Positions 24,801-32,625 of a stretch of DNA of 64,000 nt are shown here, one piece after another. The DNA comes from an uncultured Methanosarcinaceae archaeon. GTDB lineage: Archaea > Halobacteriota > Methanosarcinia > Methanosarcinales > Methanosarcinaceae. The position numbers were made by a program, and so were the translations under genes. The DNA lies in contig CAVTET010000003.1 of assembly GCA_963733675.1 (NCBI GenBank), forward strand, positions 512,001 to 576,000, written 5' to 3'. Within the stretch, counting starts at the first letter, position 1, and each line of letters opens with the position of its first letter. Under the pieces are notes generated by a model. The model saw only the letters and a program-made list of their open reading frames with translations. It had not been told where the DNA came from and made no database searches.

Positions 24801-25179
24801 CCAACATCCAGATGTTGCAACAACCCTAAACAATCTTGCATTACTATATGATAATATGGAAGATTATGAAAAAGCACTCCTACTTCATCAAAAAGCACTT
24901 GATATTTTTGAAAATGTCCTGGGTTCGCAACACCCATCTGTTGCAACAATTCTAAACAATCTCGCATTACTATATGATAATATGGGAGATTACGAAAAAG
25001 CACTTCCACTTTATCAAAGGGCCCTTGAAATATATGAAAATGTTCTGAGTCCCCAACATCCATCTGTTGTAACAACCCTAAACAATCTCGCAGGACTTTA
25101 TGAAAGTATGGGTAATTATGAAAAAGCGCTTTCACTTTATCAAAGAATAGAAATTAATTACAATCACCCAAAACAGTAA
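21880..25179 (+). CDS. P-loop NTPase (STAND/NB-ARC-like) with 14 C-terminal 42-aa TPR repeats
   Basis: FIDR motif, Walker A GVAGIGKT, Walker B VLFIDTYE, ICGR, GVPYYL; HPDVATTLNNLA.LY..MG.YEKALPLYQRAL repeats. Confidence 0.9.
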   Translation: MEIIPEHPFIDRQGHIQTFKVAVNNIGQKEFSILVYYGVAGIGKTCLWKEFLKHLGEYNLKYQHQKVIWASIDLQLDEHREKTTMLMALKNELHKKSKINFPAFEIAHAIYWKKANPEVPIRKENYLFFEGNDAFNVFFGVTNQIPYFSLVPAVARLLNSLPNDIRKWWTKRIEEELKQLSEKEPSEIKEMLPYFWALDLNNYLKDTSQSVVLFIDTYEALWENHKSEGYSLDEWIREELIFRLPKKVLWVICGREILRWDEVRCNWGEHLTQYEVEELLRKYCIEYLESRGIMDEEIREGIFKGSKGVPYYLELDIYVYLKTCDIEKRKPNPEDFGDDHRKITERFFRFLSPEEKNALNVLSVPHFWDYDLFEYLVKEFNIGYPTNNFENLCSFSFIEKVKNNHQQMHQLMRECLQRTQEKKKPESVKRIHKAINKYYSNKLKNINIQRITLEHENAFTEAFYHAKESLEAEELFNWFINASDPFYKIAYWQLIAPRYEEILQILEKKLGPEHPDFANLLTNLARLYDNIGEYEKAIPLYQRALNIRENFLGPQHPAVATTLNDLAGLYKNTGEYVQALPLHQKALDIFENFLGTQHPDVATTLNDLAGLYESMGEYEKALPFYQRALGIREKVLDPQHPDVATTLNNLALLYDNMGDYEQALPLHQKALDIREKVIGLQHPDVATTLDNLAGLYYQMGDYEKALPFYQRALGIREKVLDPQHPDVAATLNNLAGLYKSKENYEKALPLYQRALDIRENVLGPLHPSVAVTLNNLAGLYESMGDYEKALPLYQRALDIRENVLGPQHPDVATILDNLAGLYESMGDYEKALLLYQRALDIRENVLGPQHPYVATILDNLAGLYYQMGDYEKALPLCQRALEIYENVLGPQHPDVATTLNNLALLYDNMGDYEKALSLCQKALEIYENALGPLQLSVAATLNNLAGLYESMVDYEKALPLYQRALEIYENVLGSQHPDVATTLNNLALLYDNMEDYEKALLLHQKALDIFENVLGSQHPSVATILNNLALLYDNMGDYEKALPLYQRALEIYENVLSPQHPSVVTTLNNLAGLYESMGNYEKALSLYQRIEINYNHPKQ
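23413..25176 (+). repeat. 126-bp tandem coding repeat array (14 units)
   Basis: Near-identical DNA units, each encoding one TPR. Confidence 0.92.
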
Positions 25180-25200
25180 TAAATTTTTCTGCTTCGTCGT

Positions 25201-25359
25201 TGCATAGATGTTTCTTTAAGACCTGTATATCAATAAAACAATAAAAACAGAAGTTTCGTCAGCATAACCATGGGTTGTTATCCATCTTTTTCTTTAATTA
25301 CAAAATAAGGTTTCTTGGTTTTACTGATACATAGGTTTTATAGCATAAACTATGCATAA
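25201..25359. repeat. Paired inverted palindromic sites (cassette-flanking repeat family)
   Basis: Reverse complement of 25201-25231 matches 25326-25356 at 23/31; core CATAGGTTTTATAGCATAAACTATGCATAA. Confidence 0.65.
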
Positions 25360-25630
25360 TCACTGGATTCACATTCAAATATTGATCCAGGAGAACAAAA
25401 TAATAAGTACTGCTGAAGACTCAAAAAGAAAAAAGACAATATCGATTACCTTAAGGGATATCATTATTGCCCGGGAAAATTAGGTGACTAACCCTTTTAA
25501 ATTATGCATGGAGATTATATTTATCAACATGGAATTGACAGCAATGAAATATTGTTTGTGTAGTTAGTGAGATAACCAATCCGGTGCTTTTAAGCTTATT
25601 TTTCCCTAACTGTTTAACTTTTTCTGCTAA

Positions 25631-25712
25631 CAGGCTGAAAAATCCCTGTTTTTTATTGGGAAGAAAAAGATACAGAATCAACTACGCTTTACAGAACTTT
25701 CGGTACACTGCC
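25631..25712 (-). repeat. Copy of the GGCAGTGTACCGAAAG repeat element (minus orientation)
   Basis: ACAGAACTTTCGGTACACTGCCAAA (25691-25715) is the exact reverse complement of 26733-26757. Confidence 0.85.
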
Positions 25713-25800
25713 AAACTATTGGTAATAAGATGCTCAGAGCTACTACTCGAACTTGGGAAATAATAATCATATCGCGGAAACTATACCCCATCGCTATTTT

Positions 25801-26475
25801 TCACCTTCTTGAATTTTCAGCGTCGAATTCTTGTACTGCACGATACCAATTATGTTCTTCAGAATAATTAGGGTACTGTCGCGAAATATAGTAAGCTCGT
25901 TCAGAAACCCATTCTCTTTTTACCTCTGCTATTAGTTTTATTTCTTTATAGAACTGGTCATACGAACAATAAATTGCTTCTTCTTGTGATAAATATCGTT
26001 GATTATTCAATATTTTTTTAGACTTTTCAATTATTCTATTTACAAAGTATTTTTCTGAATCATACCACTCAAATTCCATATTACAAGCGTTTTTCCAAAT
26101 AAAATAAGCTTTGACTCTTATAAATTCAATTTTTGCCCACACAGATGCAGCATTTTGATCCAATTGATTGTTCGTTTTTTGTAACAACTTTTGGGCATAC
26201 TCTTCGCAATTACTGCAAATCTCTGCCCTTTTATAAAACTCGCTCTCTGCTTTTAACCAGTTATCCAGAGTATTGTCTTTAGTTGCACAGCATATTAAAT
26301 AAGCGCGAAACTCGATTTCTGATTTAACGATGTTTTTAGCTTTCTCCACTGAAACTTGCCAATTATAACCTTTGTTTATTAAATTATTTGCTTCTTGTTT
26401 AATTCTATAATTCAACTCTTTCTCTGCCCTCAACCAATTTTTCACACAATTACTCCTGTTTTTCTTTACCAGCAT
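25801..26475 (-). CDS. Hypothetical protein with four DUF2934-like repeats
   Basis: Repeated I..(R/K)AY.I......NW..AE.E(L/F) motif. Confidence 0.65.
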   Translation of the reverse strand: MLVKKNRSNCVKNWLRAEKELNYRIKQEANNLINKGYNWQVSVEKAKNIVKSEIEFRAYLICCATKDNTLDNWLKAESEFYKRAEICSNCEEYAQKLLQKTNNQLDQNAASVWAKIEFIRVKAYFIWKNACNMEFEWYDSEKYFVNRIIEKSKKILNNQRYLSQEEAIYCSYDQFYKEIKLIAEVKREWVSERAYYISRQYPNYSEEHNWYRAVQEFDAENSRR

Positions 26476-26735
26476 AAAACATTTGAATATTTCTTTTCAT
26501 TTTTGTGCATCAGTATTAAGTTTAATGGTTGCTGCCAAAAATAAGATGTATAGTTTTTTGTGTCTAAATCTATGCATTTCCTAAGTTCATAAGAAATAAG
26601 AAAAGGTTACTGATCTATGACTCATGGAGATTATGGGACTTCTAAAACATGTGGCGCTCCTGGAACACTTGGAACTAATTAACCCAAACAACCATTGTAA
26701 ATAGAAAAATAAGGAAATAGTAAATATATGGTTTT

Positions 26736-26849
26736 GGCAGTGTACCGAAAGTTCTGTGAAAATGATTGTTTTCCGTTCTTTTCTTTCAGTAAAAAAAGGA
26801 TTTCTAGGTTTCCTTGATCCATAGGTTTTATCACAAAAGCTGTGTATAA
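26736..26849 (+). repeat. Full ~114-bp repeat element (IS6-like end plus palindromic core)
   Basis: GGCAGTGTACCGAAAGTTCTGTG...CATAGGTTTTATCACAAAAGCTGTGTATAA; aligns end to end with 30618-30732. Confidence 0.85.
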
Positions 26850-27079
26850 ATATGCTATCCTAAAAATATTGCTTTAAAAATATAAATTAAAATTTCAAAA
26901 CTCTGATTTTATGAGTCATTTAGATACTATTTTGAGCAGATGAAAAATATTTGGGTCAATCAAAATCCTCTTTAAGCTATTTTTATATAGAAAAATTGAT
27001 GGCACTCTGGTGTGCATCTGAGAATTGTGGATTTTTACAGTTCTAGAAAATGCAACATTTATCCTGCAGATGGATATGT

Positions 27080-29473
27080 TTAAATCTTTTGTATAGGTAC
27101 AAAATTATTCCCTGCATATGACAAAACTGATCTGAAAATGTTAATATCTAGCGCCTCTTTTAAGACCTCCTCAATAGTCTCTACAGTTACAAAGTTAAGT
27201 TCACTTCTTACATCCTCTGGTACATCATCCAGGTCACTTTCGTTTTCTTTTGGTAGAATTACTTTTTTTATACCTGCTCGGTGTGCTGCCAAAATCTTCT
27301 CTTTTATCCCACCCACAGGCAATACTGTACCGCTAAGAGTTATCTCGCCTGTCATGGCAATTTTTGGATCAACTGCTTTTCCAGTAATTAAAGATGTCAG
27401 GGTAGCAAAGAGTGTCACACCTGCTGATGGACCATCCTTTGGTGTTGCACCTGAAGGTACATGAATGTGGATATCGCTTGAAGTGAAATTAAAGCTATTT
27501 GCAGTATTTGCAAGCCGTGATCTGACAAGGCTCAATGCTATTTTTGCAGATTCCTTCATCACGTCACCAAGTTGGCCTGTGAGTGTAAGCTTCCCACTTC
27601 CAGGCATAAATGTACCTTCTATGAAGAGTATATCCCCCCCAACAGGCGTCCATGCAAGTCCTGTGACTACTCCCGGTAAATTCTCTTTTCTGACCTCTTC
27701 TTGGCGGATCAACTCTTTTCCAAGGATCCCTGTGAGCATATCTTTTTTCACTACGTAGGGGATATATGCACTCCCTGACACAATTTTCTCGGATACAAAC
27801 CTTGCGGTTCTTGCAAGCTGTTTTTTAAGCCCCCTTACTCCTGCTTCACGGGTATATTTTTCGATGATTACCATTAAGGCATCATCTTCAATCCGAAGTT
27901 TATCTGCATCAAGGCCATGTTCTTCCAGTATATCGGGCAGAAGATGATCTATTGCAATTGCAAGCTTCTCTTTTTTAGTGTAGCCTGATATCTCGATCAT
28001 CTCCATTCTGTCAAGGAGTGGCAAGGGGACATTTGACAGGGAATTAGCAGTGGCGATGAACAACACATCAGACAGATCATATGGGACTTCAAGATAATGG
28101 TCTGCGAATGTGTTGTTCTGTTCGGGATCAAGAACTTCAAGAAGGGCACTTGCAGGGTCTCCTCCATAGGAGAATGAGAGCTTATCGATTTCATCGAGGA
28201 CAAATACAGGATTTTTTGTACCTGCTTTTTTCATGCCTTGAATAATTCTTCCTGGCAGAGCTCCTATATATGTTCGCCTGTGCCCTCTGATCTCTGCTTC
28301 ATCTTTGATACCTCCAAGGCTAACTCGAACATATTTTCTGCCAAGAGCATCTGAGATACTTCTTCCAAGGCTCGTTTTGCCAGTGCCTGGAGGTCCTGTT
28401 AAAAGCAGAATTGAGCCTTGTTTTTCTTTCTTTAATTTCATTACTGCCAGATGTTGGATTATTCTCTCTTTGACCTTTTCAAGTCCTTTATGATTGTTCT
28501 CAAGCACACGGCGGGCTTCAGCAATATCTATGCTCTTTTTCTCTTCCGTTACCCAGGGAAGATCAAGCAAGAGATCAAGATAATTTCTGATAACAAGGCT
28601 TTCAGGATTATGGCTTCCTCCGATTTCAAGTTTCTTCGCCTCTGATAATGCCTTTTTCCTCAAATCTTCAGGCATCTTCGAGTTCTCAATTCTCTCCCGA
28701 TATCCTCCGTTGCATGAAGTAGAACAGTCACCTTCGTTAAGCTCTTCTTGAATTACTTTCAGTTGTTCTCGCAACATTGCTTCTCTATGTGACTTGTTTA
28801 TTTTTTCGGAAACTTTTTTTGCCACTTCAATCTGCAAGTTGATATTTTCTTTCTGTTTAGCCAAAGTATAAAGAAAGGCAAAATATCTTTCACGAATAGA
28901 AACAATTTCCAGAAGATCCTGTTTTTCGGAGAGTTTTATCGGTATATATGGCACAATATATCCCATAATTTGGCCAATGGAATTCATCTTATCGATTGGC
29001 TTAGTAAACTGTTCAGAACCTTGAAAACGGTTGCTTATCTCAAGAATTATCTTTTTTACATCTGCAATTATTTCTGCTTGAACTTCGTCATCCAGATCCG
29101 GAATATCAGAAATAGGTTCGTATTCAGAATAGAACTGTCCATTTTCCTTATACATGGAAATGGCTTCTACTCTTTGCACAGCTTCTGCAGCAATTAAATA
29201 TCCGTCATTAGCAGGTTGCACAAACGTGATTTTTAAAAGATTTCCTATTTTATACAAACTGTCTCCTGATAAGTCTGCAAATTTTATTCCACTCTTTACT
29301 GTTAGCCCGATTGCATATACAGGTTCGATATTTTTCATTTCACTTAATAATATTTCTCCTGTATTTTTGTCCGTCAAGAATTTTGTTCGGGTTTTCGGGT
29401 AAACAACTATTTCAAAAAGCGGTATTACAATGCTTTCTCTGATATTGTCGTTTTGTCTTGAATTCATTATCAT
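27080..29473 (-). CDS. lon: ATP-dependent Lon protease (soluble bacterial LonA type)
   Basis: LON N-domain, GPPGTGKTS, DEAEIRGHRRTYIGA, LDEIDK, PKDGPSAG (catalytic Ser) and GGIKEK (catalytic Lys). Confidence 0.96.
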   Translation of the reverse strand: MIMNSRQNDNIRESIVIPLFEIVVYPKTRTKFLTDKNTGEILLSEMKNIEPVYAIGLTVKSGIKFADLSGDSLYKIGNLLKITFVQPANDGYLIAAEAVQRVEAISMYKENGQFYSEYEPISDIPDLDDEVQAEIIADVKKIILEISNRFQGSEQFTKPIDKMNSIGQIMGYIVPYIPIKLSEKQDLLEIVSIRERYFAFLYTLAKQKENINLQIEVAKKVSEKINKSHREAMLREQLKVIQEELNEGDCSTSCNGGYRERIENSKMPEDLRKKALSEAKKLEIGGSHNPESLVIRNYLDLLLDLPWVTEEKKSIDIAEARRVLENNHKGLEKVKERIIQHLAVMKLKKEKQGSILLLTGPPGTGKTSLGRSISDALGRKYVRVSLGGIKDEAEIRGHRRTYIGALPGRIIQGMKKAGTKNPVFVLDEIDKLSFSYGGDPASALLEVLDPEQNNTFADHYLEVPYDLSDVLFIATANSLSNVPLPLLDRMEMIEISGYTKKEKLAIAIDHLLPDILEEHGLDADKLRIEDDALMVIIEKYTREAGVRGLKKQLARTARFVSEKIVSGSAYIPYVVKKDMLTGILGKELIRQEEVRKENLPGVVTGLAWTPVGGDILFIEGTFMPGSGKLTLTGQLGDVMKESAKIALSLVRSRLANTANSFNFTSSDIHIHVPSGATPKDGPSAGVTLFATLTSLITGKAVDPKIAMTGEITLSGTVLPVGGIKEKILAAHRAGIKKVILPKENESDLDDVPEDVRSELNFVTVETIEEVLKEALDINIFRSVLSYAGNNFVPIQKI

Positions 29474-29499
29474 TCTTTCCAATTATGAGTTTAGTTGTT

Positions 29500-29520
29500 T
29501 AGTTAGACTTAACCTAAGTA
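29500..29520. promoter_or_regulatory. Putative MarR operator upstream of lon
   Basis: Imperfect palindrome TAGTTAGACTTAACCTAAGTA; twin at 29977-29997. Confidence 0.55.
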
Positions 29521-29540
29521 TAAGATCCACTAAAAAAAAT

Positions 29541-29960
29541 TCATCTTATTTTTTCTAGAATTTCGATGAGACTATCTATCTCTCTTTCATCCAATAAAGT
29601 TACCATCTTTTCAATGATTTTCATCAAAGAATGCTCTTCAGAACGGGCTATCATTTGTCCTTTTTCGGTCAAATGGATATAAATTACTCTGCCATCATCT
29701 GGACATTTTTCTCTGTATACACATTCAAAATTAACAAATTTATTTACCATCTCTGTGATGGTTGGTTTTGAGTTCTTGGTGATTTTAGCAAGTTTGCTAA
29801 ATGTCACTTCCTCGTGTCCATCAATGGCTCTTAGATATCCGATCTGCTTCACAGTAATGTCCGGTAAACCACATTCAGATAAGATCTCACAAGAGCATTT
29901 GCCTTTGATTTTCATCAGGTTCTCAAAAACTGTAAACAAATGCTCTTTCTTTGAAATCAT
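29541..29960 (-). CDS. MarR family transcriptional regulator
   Basis: SKPTITEMVNKF helix and DDGRVIYIHLTEKG wing motif. Confidence 0.92.
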   Translation of the reverse strand: MISKKEHLFTVFENLMKIKGKCSCEILSECGLPDITVKQIGYLRAIDGHEEVTFSKLAKITKNSKPTITEMVNKFVNFECVYREKCPDDGRVIYIHLTEKGQMIARSEEHSLMKIIEKMVTLLDEREIDSLIEILEKIR

Positions 29961-29976
29961 ATTTCTATCTTCTTTT

Positions 29977-29997
29977 TAGTTAGGATTTCCCTAAATA
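29977..29997. promoter_or_regulatory. Putative MarR autoregulatory operator
   Basis: TAGTTAGGATTTCCCTAAATA, 16 bp upstream of the marR start. Confidence 0.55.
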
Positions 29998-30617
29998 TAT
30001 ACATTGTGGTGATGTCAAGTTTGACTATAGTATCGAAAAATTGAGTTTCTAATTAAGTTTGCCCATATTTTTAGTTTTGTTTAGGGTAGTATTCTACTAT
30101 TTTTTCTAAGTTTTTCTATTTATAATCTAGATTTAAATTAATTAGTTTCAAATGTTCAATAAACTACCTATGCCCTATAAGTTCCATAAACTCCATAAGT
30201 TATAGATCAACAATATTTTCATATTTAGATATACGGATAGCTGGATGCTGGGTAGTGGAGTAAACCCATACACCGTTAACGCATCTGCATTTCGAATTCT
30301 TATCTATAAGTAGACACACTTGTAATGTTTTAATTAATGTATAACATCACTTATTAAAAGTTTTAAAATTAACAGGAAAACTCTTCGATAACTATACTAT
30401 GTTAAGTTTTTAAATTTGAATTAATACTTTAAAATTTTTTATAATACTTTTTAGAAGCAAACTAAAGTAAATTTTTGCTTATGCTTTTTATAACTCCATC
30501 ATTCCATCTAATATAGGCATCTGTCAATATTCAACGATTTCCGAAGTAAATGCAAAAAACTAGTAAGAAAGCATAGCAAAATTTAATCAGTTCCTTTGTA
30601 ATCTATTTTAATTAAAT

Positions 30618-30732
30618 AGCAGTGTATTGAAAGTTCTATAAAAACGATTGTTCTTCATTCTTTTCTTTCATTACAAAACAGGATTTTTAGGTATTCTTGA
30701 TCCATAGATTTTATTACAAAAATTTTGTATTA
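30618..30732 (+). repeat. Second full copy of the ~114-bp repeat element
   Basis: AGCAGTGTATTGAAAGTTCTATA...CTTGATCCATAGATTTTATTACAAAAATTTTGTATTA. Confidence 0.8.
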
Positions 30733-31268
30733 GTAAATAAAAGTTGTTCACATACAATGTTTAATTCAGGAAAATAGTAGGTTAAGCACTAAGTTGCTCT
30801 CGAAGAATATGAAAAATCTTTTGCGTTATCTGAAAGTTATAAAAGGTAACAATTATTAATATGTGCTTTTTTGTGCAATTAAACTTATTATATATAGGAC
30901 TTACATATTTGTAGTATAAAATCAAATTTAACATAATTTGTAGATTAAACTTTAATTTTCTAAAATTAAAGGTTTAATTCATTGATTTTCCGATTCAACT
31001 ATATAAATCAGGTATATTGTCAAGCATATGCAGTAAATAGACATATTCTTGCTTTCTTAAAGTCAGAAGTATAGACTTATTTACTACATAGTAATCCACT
31101 GTATTAATAAATGAAATCATATTTGAAACAATATTATTTTGGGATGATAAAGTTAAAAATAAAAATTTTAAGATGGATGTTGAGATCCACTCTGGCCTTT
31201 CCAGCGATTTCGTTTCCAAAATTTGTTTTCATCTATCATCACAAATATGGTTAATTAATTCAACAGAA

Positions 31269-31982
31269 CTACTCCACCTTTGTGTTGCTCACCTGAGTTT
31301 TTGAACTGGGTGTTGCAGGTGCAGAAGGTCCATATGTCGCATCTGATACTAAACCTGGTGTTGCTGGTGTTACTAACCCGTGTGTTCCTACAGCAGGTCT
31401 TGCTACCCCGGGGGATTTTTTGCCTTGATTTTGTTTACCTTGATTTAGTACACCTGGGTTTTGTCCACCTGGATATTGCCCATCTGGGTATTGTCCGTTT
31501 AAGTATTGTTCACCTATGAATAGTCCATCCTGGAATCTTTCTCTTAGGTATTGTTCACTTGGGAATTTTCCACCTAGGTTTTGTTCACCTGTTAATAGTC
31601 CACCTGGGAATTTTTCACCTTTGTTTTGTTCACTTGTTAATAGTCCACCTGGGAATTTTTCACCTTTGTTTTGTCCACCTGAGTATTGGCTACTTTGATA
31701 TTGTTTACTGGAGTATTTTTTACTTTTCTGTTGTTCACCGGAGTGTTTTCTGGCTTTGTGTTGTTTACTTGGGTGTTTTTCGGCTTTGTGTAGTTCACTG
31801 GGGTGCTTTGCACCTTTGAGTTGTTCACTTGAATATTCTCCGCCTTTATGTTGTTCACTGGAGTGAGAATGTTTTATTTCATCGGCAGCGCTTACTGTCG
31901 TAGCTGTCATTGAAATTATTACAAAAAATACTACCAAAATAACTAGTATATTTTTTCTTCTGTCAAATGTTTGTTTTCCCAT
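31269..31982 (-). CDS. Secreted low-complexity pentapeptide-repeat protein
   Basis: Signal peptide ending TVSA; 15/30-nt periodic repeats (HSSEQ-HKGGE ... YPGGQ-NPGVL). Confidence 0.75.
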   Translation of the reverse strand: MGKQTFDRRKNILVILVVFFVIISMTATTVSAADEIKHSHSSEQHKGGEYSSEQLKGAKHPSELHKAEKHPSKQHKARKHSGEQQKSKKYSSKQYQSSQYSGGQNKGEKFPGGLLTSEQNKGEKFPGGLLTGEQNLGGKFPSEQYLRERFQDGLFIGEQYLNGQYPDGQYPGGQNPGVLNQGKQNQGKKSPGVARPAVGTHGLVTPATPGLVSDATYGPSAPATPSSKTQVSNTKVE

Positions 31983-32625
31983 TAAATATACACTCCCGAT
32001 TTATTTTCAAAAAGATATGATATTGTAATTCAAGTCTCTTTTTATGTACTGCTGATGTACATGCTTAGAGACATTTATTCTTGTCACCGTAGTTATTTTA
32101 ACTTGTACGAAAAAGAGTTTCTAAACGAAAAATAATTCCACATAAGATTTTTCACAACCAAATCGCTACAGCCAAACATTTCATGGAAGCCATCCTGTTT
32201 TCTTTAATGGTCTCTATTATAATCAAGCTCCCTATTAAGTCTCTTCCATGGTCATCAAGCCCGCCACACCATCTACTAACCTTTTGGTCTAAACATCCTT
32301 CATTTTTCAAAACTCAATTAAGTTAGCGACTCTAAGATTTATTTTTGGTGGATAGCATACTTTCCATTGCCATCGGATGAGAAACTCACTTTGAGCCTAT
32401 GAGTGGCCTATTCCTGACTATATTTACGATCATAATGTTTATGTATCTATCATTATTAACTCATAATATGTAGAATACTAAGTTAGGTGATTTATGAGAT
32501 GATTAATTTCCTTATTTTGCTTACACTTTCCCATCGAAAAAGTTTTCATTTATGTTTTGATATTATTCTATCATTAAAATAACTTTCTTTGTTTATCAAT
32601 GAAGATCCCAAAAATATAATTGTTT

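Noticed and set aside
23513-25135. Long antisense ORFs (408 aa and 125 aa)
   Set aside because: Shadow frames of the 126-bp TPR repeat array; no independent start signals or domain features.
23413-25176. Repeat array as CRISPR or a DGR target
   Set aside because: Repeats are contiguous and coding with no spacers; no cas or reverse transcriptase gene and no template repeat in the window.
25506-26665. Two tiny ORFs sharing CATGGAGATTAT (MHGDY.. and MTHGDY..) on either side of the DUF2934-like gene
   Set aside because: Only a 12-bp match, no modifying enzymes nearby, and the first lies in a stop-riddled fragment; insufficient for a peptide system.
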